Below are positions 8,559 through 17,978 of a stretch of DNA of 28,532 bases, piece by piece. Origin of the DNA: Vulcanisaeta sp. AZ3 (GTDB lineage: Archaea; Thermoproteota; Thermoprotei; Thermoproteales; Thermocladiaceae); assembly GCA_000960865.2 (NCBI GenBank), contig JZWU02000022.1, positions 1-28,532 on the forward strand. The letters run 5' to 3'. The notes under the pieces are model-generated. The model was not told where the DNA came from. It saw nothing but the letters and a program-made list of their open reading frames with translations, and searched no databases. The position numbers and the translations under genes were made by a program. Positions within the stretch are counted from its first letter, which is position 1. Every line of letters starts with the position of its first letter.

Positions 8559-9497
8559 CTATTTAGAAACCAATAACCTAAGGCCCGCAAGCGTTGGAGT
8601 TACGATAGCCCTACCATCAGACAAATACCTAATCTCAACAAGCCCCATACTCGAGACTTTAATCAATGCCTTAACAACATCATTACTAGAAACACCTGTT
8701 GATTGAGATACAATATCAATGAGTGAATTCATGATAGAGAAACCGAACTCATTGACCGTACGTAGGATTTCCATTTCAACATCACTTAATTTCGTTTCTA
8801 CTGGCTCAAAATTATTATTTGTGATGCTCATGCCAAGCCTCGTCATTAATACCTCAGTACTACCACCATTACTAACCCTAATTAATTTCCCGAAGGTTTC
8901 TTGTGGTATTGATGTTGATGTTATTATTAAATCATCAAAAATCGCAACATTATGAGGAAGACGATTAGTGAAGACATATATATTGCCGAGACTCCTAACC
9001 TCCTCTAAGGCGTCTGCTAGTTCATCTATGAAGTCTGTACTAAGTATTACGGAACCCCTAACCCCATTAACCACCATATAACTCAAAATAACTGAGGATA
9101 CGAGAGACATTATAGGCTCAATAAGAGGAATGGCAATACAACCCTTATTAATCGGTCTCCAAATATTTAATGAACTCAGTATCTTCATGAAGTAATACAA
9201 CCTATCCGCATCATAATTAACATGCATGTCAAACACATAGTCAATCGCCTCACGAAGCCTTCTAGAATTAAGTAAAGACTCAAGCAAAAGCCTCGAGTCC
9301 CCATCCCTCAAACCAAGAACCCTACTCCACATAATGGCAAGCCTAACACCAACACCTTTACCCAACTCCCCGTCTACACCCTGCCCATTACTCGTATCAC
9401 TACATATTGTGGAGTATGTCCAGTCAATCCTTGGCAATACATTATGCACTAAGTAATCAAGCCCTAACGATCCGTGAATTAAAATAAGCATTAACAA
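8559..9497 (-). CDS. Hypothetical protein with C-terminal winged-helix domain
   Basis: 312 aa ORF. C-terminus 'LSDVEMEILRTV...NDVVKALIKVSSMGLVEIRYLSDGRAIVTPTLAG' is wHTH-like. Start codon uncertain. Confidence 0.65.
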   Translation of the reverse strand: MLMLILIHGSLGLDYLVHNVLPRIDWTYSTICSDTSNGQGVDGELGKGVGVRLAIMWSRVLGLRDGDSRLLLESLLNSRRLREAIDYVFDMHVNYDADRLYYFMKILSSLNIWRPINKGCIAIPLIEPIMSLVSSVILSYMVVNGVRGSVILSTDFIDELADALEEVRSLGNIYVFTNRLPHNVAIFDDLIITSTSIPQETFGKLIRVSNGGSTEVLMTRLGMSITNNNFEPVETKLSDVEMEILRTVNEFGFSIMNSLIDIVSQSTGVSSNDVVKALIKVSSMGLVEIRYLSDGRAIVTPTLAGLRLLVSK

Positions 9498-9593
9498 AAC
9501 ACTACGCTATGGAGTAAAAAGAATAATGATTAATATAACGATGGCTCGTGAGGAATCTTTTTAAGTAAATCAACCACGTATGACTTGGTCCCA

Positions 9594-11101
9594 ATGGCTA
9601 GGAGCGTGAGGTTGATGGCTGTCTCGGCATCTATGCTGGCCTTATTGAGTAGTTTGTTTATAATGTTGCCATAACGAGGAAAATACCCACAGCAGGCCTC
9701 GGCCTACTCTCACTCCTCAATGCATCAACAGGTTTCTCCCTACTACCCACTGCAGTCCTCTCCTTCGTATACCCAAGGATAACGGCTAGGGATGGCGGAC
9801 TTAACGTACGGGCCTCCCTGGGTGTTTCCTCAATTTTTTACTTAATAACCACTGCAATGACGATTGCCTACCTAGCCACCGTTTGGGATAAAATGGGGGG
9901 TTACGCCACACCCCTCTTGATCATCTCCCTGTTGTCTGAGGTCACGTATTACTTACAGGCGGTTACGAATTCTGTGCTTATGGTTAAGGATAGGAGTAGG
10001 TTTGTAATATCATCCATAATGCAGTCCCTGGTGAAGTTTAGTGCCGTGCCTGTGATAATGGTGCTTGGTTGGTCTATAGATGCTGTGTTATGGTCAACAT
10101 TCTTCATAGTATTCATACCCACAATATACACATTCATCTACACACTTAGGTTCCACGTAAGAATACACAACATGCGTAGGTACCTCAGGGAGGCCATTAA
10201 CGCCTCCTGGGTCCCACTCATGGGTTATGCCATAAATTCCTTCAGGTCGTTAGACGCCATGTTCATTGGGCTTCTGGGTTATGCTCAGCTTGGTATTTGG
10301 TATGTAATCTTCATATTGAGTAAGCCTCTTAATTTCAGTAGATCCTTGGTTAGTGTTACTTATGGGGAGTTGCTTGAGAGGGATAGGGTGGGTATTGTTT
10401 ATAGGGATTTCTTAATGGTGCTCTTAATATCTACATACATAGCCCTGACTCTGTCCCTATTCCCAGGTGTATTCCTTAATCTGGTTAGGCCTAGTTTGAG
10501 GGGTGAGTTTGGCTTACTTGTTTTGCCTGTTCTTTTGATGGTTGTGAATAGCACTCTCAATAATGTTAATCAATTCATTAGTAATGTGATGCAGGGTGTG
10601 GATAAGAGGGATTTGGCTAGTGAAATCATTAGGGCTAAGTCTTACGTGGGTTCCCTAGTCCTTCGCACACACTTGGCTGAATTATCATTCACCATTACAT
10701 ACCTAACAACCATGGTACCACTGATTTTATTATTCCAACACGTAGGTATTGCTTATTACGCGGTTGTTGGTGCTTTAGTGGCGTCCTTGCTTGCGAACGT
10801 CACAGCCATATTATTTAGGCTTAATGGGCTTGGGCAGGTTAGGGCTTTACTTAATGGGAAGCAACTAGTCGTGGATTACGTAGCCCCGCTCATTCCTACC
10901 ATAATTATACTCGTGGTAATTGGGCATTACTGGGTCATTGCCCTAATGCCGAATATATATGTGACATTATTGCAGATTGTTGAGGTGTCATTAGTGTCCT
11001 TAACTATTTATTTAGCACTTTCAATAATTATATCGAGGAATATAAGAGAGCTAATGAAAGTAATGATTAATAGGGTTTTAAGAAACCTAATAATTATTTA
11101 A
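9594..11101 (+). pseudogene. MOP/Wzx-like flippase (polysaccharide exporter) with a single-base frameshift near 9655
   Basis: The ATG 9594 frame stops at 9672-74, but the -1 frame from about 9653 reads YNVAITRKIPTAGLGLLSLLNAS... continuously into the 9857-11101 ORF. Joined length is about 502 aa, polytopic. Confidence 0.7.
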
Positions 11102-11109
11102 GCCTAGGA

Positions 11110-12378
11110 TTATTGCTTAGATGGTACCCATTTCCATGATAGGGCTGCGTATATTACGTATAGCAATAATGCGTTGAAGAAGGCAAAGGCAACGAGCGAG
11201 CCGTAGAGCAGACCTGGCTGTACCTCAACGAGTTGCAACAAGGCGTTTAATTGTGGTGTTAATAGTGTTGATACCTTTAATGTATTAGCGACATTCAATG
11301 TGAATTGAAGCCCATAGGCCTTTACTAAGGCGGGCACTGCACTCAACGGTGGTACAATGGCGTAGGGTAGGTGTGCAAGGCCATTCATAACCTCAGCACT
11401 TATCATGAGGGCTAGTACTAGGACTAGTTTGAGTGCTGATATTGCTTTGTTTACGTATTTGAAGGAGAGTAGTATGAGGATTAGTAGTATTAGTCCTAGG
11501 GCCATGTCTGTGTATAATATACCGCTTAGGTTCATTGTTGGTTGATACACTGAGTAAAGTGCTGTTGGTAGGTATGCAGGTGGTTTTCCAAAGATTGACC
11601 AAGCCACCGTCGGTGAGTAATTATAAACCTCATAGAGGTATAACCCAGCAAATACGGCATAAAGAACACCAAACACCAAGCCGACTAGGTTCCCAATCCT
11701 ATGCCCCGTGAGTCTATACTCACTCTTATCCACTGAGTATCTCCAACCAAATATTGCTGATATTAATACTCCAGTCATTGCTATTGCACCGAAGAGTGTG
11801 GCCAGGAATAATGGGGCGTATGTTGGGTTATCGAACACCTCACTCCAATTTATGCCTAGGATGAAGCCCACGAGGGAGGTTTTGCTTTGGAATACCTCAA
11901 CGCCCGCTGGGTAATTTATGAATGCAAAGACTAACCTAAACATGGCGGGTATTACTGTTAATGCTATTGCCATCCCATAACCAATAGCCACATGCTTCAT
12001 GGGCGATATTCTACCGAAACCCCTATAGTAGAAGCCAATGAATGGTAGGGCTATGGCAACACCAAACACAATAGCCACACCCCAGACCGGCCATAGTAAT
12101 GCACCAGCTATGTTAGTGAATATGGGCAATAGGCCGGCTAGGAAGACAGTTATTATAGTACCGAAGACACCACCTATTGCATAAACAGTTATTAAGTAAC
12201 TAGCCAAGTGATTAGCGAGATCCACGTAAACCTGCTTATTACGCCTATAACCAATGTACTCAAGAGTTGGTAATAACCAACCCAGCCCAAGCACAGTGTA
12301 AACCAGGGGTAAGTGTACTGAGAAGGCCCAGGCGATTAGACCCACGGCGATGTATGTTGCTGATACCATCACCACCAC
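11110..12378 (-). CDS. cydA': Cytochrome bd oxidase second subunit, CydA-paralogous (CydA')
   Basis: Homologous to the neighbouring CydA in the N-terminal helices (VHLPLV, GGVFGT, FINYPAG) but lacks the Q-loop, KLAAIEG and the second heme His. Directly downstream of cydA. Confidence 0.8.
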   Translation of the reverse strand: MVVMVSATYIAVGLIAWAFSVHLPLVYTVLGLGWLLPTLEYIGYRRNKQVYVDLANHLASYLITVYAIGGVFGTIITVFLAGLLPIFTNIAGALLWPVWGVAIVFGVAIALPFIGFYYRGFGRISPMKHVAIGYGMAIALTVIPAMFRLVFAFINYPAGVEVFQSKTSLVGFILGINWSEVFDNPTYAPLFLATLFGAIAMTGVLISAIFGWRYSVDKSEYRLTGHRIGNLVGLVFGVLYAVFAGLYLYEVYNYSPTVAWSIFGKPPAYLPTALYSVYQPTMNLSGILYTDMALGLILLILILLSFKYVNKAISALKLVLVLALMISAEVMNGLAHLPYAIVPPLSAVPALVKAYGLQFTLNVANTLKVSTLLTPQLNALLQLVEVQPGLLYGSLVAFAFFNALLLYVIYAALSWKWVPSKQ

Positions 12379-12379
12379 C

Positions 12380-13786
12380 TCAATACTCAGTCCTCACAAC
12401 CTCCTCCCTAGGCTTTCTTTTGAGGTATAAATATGACATGTAGACTGCAAGTGATGGCATTGCGACCTCCACAATTATTACCAATGCGGCTAGCCAAATT
12501 GGCATTGAGATTGTTGGGTTTAATAAACCGCCAAAGCCCACGGGCACTCCTGTGATAATCGGCGGGCCTCCACTAGGATTGGGCTCAGCTTGATTAAGTA
12601 TAAATGGATACCTACCAGACTCAGCGGTTACTGCACCACCTATTGCGGCGAAGGCTGCAAAGAATGGTATTAAGTAAACACCGCTTCTCTCGAAGAAGCC
12701 AGCCAATGCCCTAGCCCACGCCTTATTACCGAAGTAACCCGGAAATAGATACCAAAGTGAGAGCGCTCCAGTCCAGATACCAAGCAGTACTCCAAACGCT
12801 ACCATGAAGACTAGGTAAAACACAGTCACAAATTCTGGAGGCCTTACATCAGCTGGCCAGCTATAGTAGCCCCAGAAGGCATGATTGAAAGTACCGTAGG
12901 CGAGAAAGCTTGTTAATGGATCAACCCTCAACCCACTCCAATACATACCCTCTATTGCCGCGAGTTTAAGTGGGTCATATTGGGTCACTAATTCGCCTTG
13001 GAAGTGGCCTAGTACGAAGCCTTGAATTGCAGTTAATATTGCCACCGTTGGTACTAGGAGCTTAAGCATCATGAGTCTCTCGGGATTTCTATCCCTAATG
13101 TATAGGTATAGGTATATGGCTGAGATTATGGACCAGGTTAGTATTACGGCTGCCAATATGCCGTGGAATATGAATACATTCGCACCCCACCAAAACATAT
13201 TCCAAGCATCTGCAGGATTCGCCCATTTAATGACGTAATCCGTTAAGCCAACCACATTCTGCCCAGTGGCTTGGTAGAGGTTTAGTACTTCAAGGCCTGG
13301 TGGTCTCATGCTTAATGAAGCCATTACTGAAATTATGTTATAGGCACTCCAGTAACCGCCGAAGGCAGCTGCAATGCCTATGACCCAATGTAGGGTTTGG
13401 TTCTTTATTTTGCTCCAGGTAAATACGTAGAGCGGCAGTATTATAACCTCCATTAGGAATGCGAATAATTCTAGGTAGAATGGCAGTACAATTGCCTCAC
13501 CAATTAGGGATATGAAGTTACTCCATATCGTAACTAAGCCAAACTCCACCAATGTGCCGAAGGCGGCACCAACACCGAAGAATATTGTGGATATTACTGA
13601 GAATGCCCTAGCCGTATTAAGCCAGAATTGATTATGAGACCTTATGTATAGGTACTCAGCAACAACCGCAATTAATATCGTACCTAGGAAGGTAGATGCC
13701 AATGCTAAATGAGCCAGTATACCGACACCCGTTACTACCCTGACATCCGTGAGATTAGGCGGTACCCCAATAATTTGGTCTGTCAT
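12380..13786 (-). CDS. cydA: Cytochrome bd quinol oxidase subunit I
   Basis: His in 'LAHLAL', 'FIFHG', 'GHFQG...PLKLAAIEG', Met in 'LVFMV', 'AESGRYPF'. Confidence 0.92.
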   Translation of the reverse strand: MTDQIIGVPPNLTDVRVVTGVGILAHLALASTFLGTILIAVVAEYLYIRSHNQFWLNTARAFSVISTIFFGVGAAFGTLVEFGLVTIWSNFISLIGEAIVLPFYLELFAFLMEVIILPLYVFTWSKIKNQTLHWVIGIAAAFGGYWSAYNIISVMASLSMRPPGLEVLNLYQATGQNVVGLTDYVIKWANPADAWNMFWWGANVFIFHGILAAVILTWSIISAIYLYLYIRDRNPERLMMLKLLVPTVAILTAIQGFVLGHFQGELVTQYDPLKLAAIEGMYWSGLRVDPLTSFLAYGTFNHAFWGYYSWPADVRPPEFVTVFYLVFMVAFGVLLGIWTGALSLWYLFPGYFGNKAWARALAGFFERSGVYLIPFFAAFAAIGGAVTAESGRYPFILNQAEPNPSGGPPIITGVPVGFGGLLNPTISMPIWLAALVIIVEVAMPSLAVYMSYLYLKRKPREEVVRTEY

Positions 13787-13912
13787 CAAAAATAATTAAT
13801 ATCTAATTAAGTCTTTTAATTAATTGCGCGTTGCAATATAACTTATCATTATTAAGGCTGTTTATTTAAAATAACACTATATGGTATAGAATTAACCAGG
13901 CTCATTTGAACA

Positions 13913-15235
13913 CTACATCTTTAGAAATTGCCTTGCCGCAATAATGAGGGGATCCCAGACCTGCGTAATCGAGGGTAGGTAGGCTAGGTCTGTGAAGAAT
14001 AAATCCTCAACAGTCGCGCCTTTCATTATTAGACTTGAGAGTACATCTATTTTGCCAAGTACGTATGACCCATCATCACCAAGCACCTGGGCTCCCAGTA
14101 TCCTTCTTGACCCCTCATCGATTATTAACTTAATGATTACATCACCGCCACCTGGGTAGTACCTCGCCCTGATCCTAGATTTTATTGTTGTTGAGGTTGG
14201 TTTAAAGCCGTAATTCTTTGCATCCCTCTCGGTGATGCCTGTGGTTGCTATGTATAGGTTCATAAACCTCGTCATTGATGTACCAGCAACCCCTGGAAAC
14301 CTCATCTTAATACCGGCAATGTTACTACCAGCCACATAACCCATCTTATTAGCCGTAGTCCCAAAGGGGTGCCAATACGGTTTATTAGTAACAACGTTAA
14401 TGGTCTCAGCAATATCGCCTGCCGCATACACAGCATCATGACTTGTCTTCATACTATCATCAACCCACACAGCACCTGTCTCACCAATCTTAAGCCTAAG
14501 TTGTTTTGCCAATTCTGTGTTTGGTTTGATTCCTGTGGTGATGATTACTAGGTCTACTGTGTATTTATTGCCGTCAGTAATTATTACTTGTTTATCACCC
14601 TCACGATTAATCTCAAGTAATTTCTCGCCAAGCCTAAGATCCACTTGATGCTTAACTAACTCATTAATTACATGCTTACTAACATCCTCATCCAATGACT
14701 TACGAAGCGGGTAGGACCTACCAATCATCACAACATCCTTACCCCTAAACCTAGCAGCCTCAGCAACCTCAAGAGCTATGTAACCAGTGCCAATAATGCC
14801 CACACTCCTCGAGGCATTTAGTAAATCTCTAATCCTCATGGCGTCCGCTGGATGATGAATCGTTACGACTCTATCGCCACTAATGGGTATGTTGGGTATG
14901 TATGGCACAGCACCAACAGCAAGCACGAGGTAATCCCACTCATACCTATTACCCCTGTCGGTTATTACATAACCATCATTAACCTCCACAGCAGCCTCGT
15001 TAAGCCTCACATCAATCCTCCTAGTGCTCCTAAAGTAATCAGGCGTATAGTGCATGAATAGGTCGAAGTTGTCAAAAAGCCCTGCTAGGTAGTATGGTAT
15101 TCCACAAGGTGCGTGGCTTACTAATCCTGTTTTCTCAATAACAATAATCTCAGCATCATCCTTTAACCTCCTAATCCTCGATGCTGCGCTCATACCGGCG
15201 GCTCCACCGCCAATAATTACAACACGCATATCCAC
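13913..15235 (-). CDS. FAD-dependent CoA-disulfide reductase / NADH oxidase family (possible sulfur reductase)
   Basis: GGGAAG, redox Cys in 'SHAPCGIPY', GTGYIALE, YAAGD, 'DLAYLP'. The start may be ATG 15229. Confidence 0.9.
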   Translation of the reverse strand: MDMRVVIIGGGAAGMSAASRIRRLKDDAEIIVIEKTGLVSHAPCGIPYYLAGLFDNFDLFMHYTPDYFRSTRRIDVRLNEAAVEVNDGYVITDRGNRYEWDYLVLAVGAVPYIPNIPISGDRVVTIHHPADAMRIRDLLNASRSVGIIGTGYIALEVAEAARFRGKDVVMIGRSYPLRKSLDEDVSKHVINELVKHQVDLRLGEKLLEINREGDKQVIITDGNKYTVDLVIITTGIKPNTELAKQLRLKIGETGAVWVDDSMKTSHDAVYAAGDIAETINVVTNKPYWHPFGTTANKMGYVAGSNIAGIKMRFPGVAGTSMTRFMNLYIATTGITERDAKNYGFKPTSTTIKSRIRARYYPGGGDVIIKLIIDEGSRRILGAQVLGDDGSYVLGKIDVLSSLIMKGATVEDLFFTDLAYLPSITQVWDPLIIAARQFLKM

Positions 15236-15305
15236 GGAGTCATTCCCATGGTATAAAAATATTTGCGTTAATTAATGGGTTAAGGATTATGGAGGTATAA
15301 CGATT

Positions 15306-17978
15306 TTAATAGTGTTGTGCTTTCTCTATTTTAACTGCGGTTAATTTATACTCAGGCGTATGAACAATCCTATCAACCACATTACCAACAACCCTATTTA
15401 TTAATACGCTTGGGTGGTGTATTGTGGCGAATACCACACTTGGCGGCACATCGTCGTTTATCACAGCCTTAGCCTCGGTCTGGCCATACTTACTTATTAT
15501 TCTTACCTCATCACCATCATTAATACCAAGCTTCCTGGCATCTACTGGATTTATCTCTATGTAATCAGTGTTGTGGAGCGCCATGTTGGGTGTTCTCCTT
15601 GTCATCGTACCCATGTTGTATTGATAAATGACCCTACCCGTTATTAGCATGAATGGGTAGTCAGGGCTTGGCTGCTCAGGGCTTGGTACATAATCAACAA
15701 GCTTTAACCTAGCTCTCTCTCCAATTGTGAATTTACCGACATGTAGGATTTTAGTGCCGCTTGAGTCGAGTGTTGGTGCTGGGTATGGGATGCCGCCAAC
15801 CTTATCTAGTTTTTCGTAGGTTATGCCATAGACCGATGGCCATAGATTCCTTATTTCATTCCACACATCCTCAGGGGATTTATAGTTAAACTTATCATTA
15901 AGTCTAAGCGCCTTGGCTAAAGTCACTATTATTTCCCAGTCAGGCCTTGCCTCACCCGGTGGGTCTACAACCTTCCTAACCCTCTGTATGTGTCTATCTC
16001 CATTGGTGAATGTGCCGTCCTTCTCATAGGCACTGGCCGCGGGTAGGAATACATGGGCTACCTTGGAGGTTTCGTTTAGGTACATGTCTACCTGGACTAC
16101 CAACTCGAGGTTGGATAGGGCCTTCTCAACACGGTTTTTATTTGGGTAGGATGCTAATGTGTCCTCGCCAAATATAATCAATGCCTTTAACCCACCCCTC
16201 TCTGCAGCATCGATTATCTCAATACCATCAAGGCCGGGCTTCTCGGGTAATTTACAACCCCACACATCCTCAAATTTTTTCCTATGCTCGGGCGATGTTA
16301 TGGGCACACCTCCAACTAGTTTCTTGGGGTGAGCTCCCATTATTGTACCTGCCTGCACATTATTCTGCCCACGAAGCGGTACTAAGCCAGCTCCAGGCCT
16401 CCCAACATTGCCTGTTATTAAGGCTAAGTTTATTAGTGAGTATACGGCCTCAGTGCCTTGGAAGTGCTCTGTAATACCGAGGCTCCAGAATGTCATTGAG
16501 GGCTTATTCGTTGTGTATAACCTAGCTGCCTCCCTTATTAATTCTGCATCAACACCCGTTACCTCCTGAGCATACTCAGGAGTGTACTTACTGATGTGTC
16601 TCCTAAACTCCTCGAAGCCATCGACCCTCTTGGCTATGAATTCACCATCATAAAGCCCCTCTGTTACTATGACATTAGCCATGGCATTGAGTAGCGCAAC
16701 ATCCGTGCCAGGCCTTAGCTGTAAGTTTATGATTGCATACTTACTGAGTTCTATACGCCTTGGATCAATAACGATTAGTTTAGCACCGCCATAAAGCACC
16801 TGCCTCTTTATCCTAGCCCCAACCACTGGGTGGTTGTGAGTTGTGTTGGAACCAACAATCATTATTGTCCTAGCATTCTCAATATCATCGAATGTATTCG
16901 TTGCAGCCCCAGTACCAAACATCTCCTCAAGCCCCTGGGCTGATGGTTCGTGGCATAATCTAGCTGAGTTATCAACATTGTTAGTGCCAATCACAACCCT
17001 AGCTAGTTTCTGAGCTAGGTATTCCTCCTCATTGGTTATCCTAGTGCCAACTCTAATTGCCACGGAGTCAGGCCCATACTTATTAATGATCTCCCTCAAC
17101 CTATTTGCCACGTAATTAATCGCCTCATCCCAAGTAACGACTCTCCATTCACCATTAACCTTAACCATTGGGTGCATAATCCTATCCTGCGAGTATAGAT
17201 ACTCATAGGCATACCTACCCTTAACACAGAGGAGACCGGCATTAACCTCGGACTTAATTGAGGGCCTAATCGTGACTATACGGCCATCCTTAACACCAAC
17301 CCTAACCTGACAACCAACACCACAGTATGGACATGTGGTTTCAACCCAATGCTCAGGCTCTCCGTAGAGAATTATTGACCTGTCCTCGAGGGCTCCTGTT
17401 GGACAAACATCAACACAGAGGCCGCAACTAACGCAGGGACTGTGGGCTAGGTCTAGGCCGTCAGGCCTAATCATTAACCTATTACTCCTATTCCAAATTC
17501 TCCATACGAAGTATCCCTGAACCTCCTCACAAGCCCTGACACATCTAAAGCATTGTATGCATTTATTCATATCAACATGAATGTATGGATGCGAATCATC
17601 AACAAGCTCAAGTCTCCCTAAAGATCCACTGGGTTCAATGCCGTACTTAGTTAGTAATTGATGGAATTCCTTATTTGGATACTCCTTAAAGTAATTGATG
17701 GGATACTTCTCAGCCGCTAGGCCTAGTATAGTCTTCCTAGCCTTAACAACATTCTCTGACTCCGTGAGTATCTCCATACCATCACTTATGTACGTTGTGC
17801 ACGCCGTCACTAACCCCCTACCCTTAACCTCAACTACGCATAATCTACATGATCCATAGGGCTTAAGCCTATCCTCATAACAAAGCGTTGGTATATAAAC
17901 CCCCTTGGACCTGGCTGCTTCAAGTATTGTCATTGGTCTATCAAATTCGTAATCCACACCATTTATTCTAACCCTCAT
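15306..17978 (-). CDS. fdhA: Mo/W-bisPGD formate dehydrogenase alpha subunit (Cys type)
   Basis: 2Fe-2S (PTLC...SCRLC...TAC), two 4Fe-4S ferredoxin motifs, CPYCGVGC, active-site ARLCH, LRGQNNVQ, C-terminal molybdopterin dinucleotide domain. Confidence 0.92.
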   Translation of the reverse strand: MRVRINGVDYEFDRPMTILEAARSKGVYIPTLCYEDRLKPYGSCRLCVVEVKGRGLVTACTTYISDGMEILTESENVVKARKTILGLAAEKYPINYFKEYPNKEFHQLLTKYGIEPSGSLGRLELVDDSHPYIHVDMNKCIQCFRCVRACEEVQGYFVWRIWNRSNRLMIRPDGLDLAHSPCVSCGLCVDVCPTGALEDRSIILYGEPEHWVETTCPYCGVGCQVRVGVKDGRIVTIRPSIKSEVNAGLLCVKGRYAYEYLYSQDRIMHPMVKVNGEWRVVTWDEAINYVANRLREIINKYGPDSVAIRVGTRITNEEEYLAQKLARVVIGTNNVDNSARLCHEPSAQGLEEMFGTGAATNTFDDIENARTIMIVGSNTTHNHPVVGARIKRQVLYGGAKLIVIDPRRIELSKYAIINLQLRPGTDVALLNAMANVIVTEGLYDGEFIAKRVDGFEEFRRHISKYTPEYAQEVTGVDAELIREAARLYTTNKPSMTFWSLGITEHFQGTEAVYSLINLALITGNVGRPGAGLVPLRGQNNVQAGTIMGAHPKKLVGGVPITSPEHRKKFEDVWGCKLPEKPGLDGIEIIDAAERGGLKALIIFGEDTLASYPNKNRVEKALSNLELVVQVDMYLNETSKVAHVFLPAASAYEKDGTFTNGDRHIQRVRKVVDPPGEARPDWEIIVTLAKALRLNDKFNYKSPEDVWNEIRNLWPSVYGITYEKLDKVGGIPYPAPTLDSSGTKILHVGKFTIGERARLKLVDYVPSPEQPSPDYPFMLITGRVIYQYNMGTMTRRTPNMALHNTDYIEINPVDARKLGINDGDEVRIISKYGQTEAKAVINDDVPPSVVFATIHHPSVLINRVVGNVVDRIVHTPEYKLTAVKIEKAQHY

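Noticed and set aside
15306-17978. Selenocysteine recoding in FDH
   Set aside because: The active site is Cys (ARLCH) and there is no in-frame TGA.
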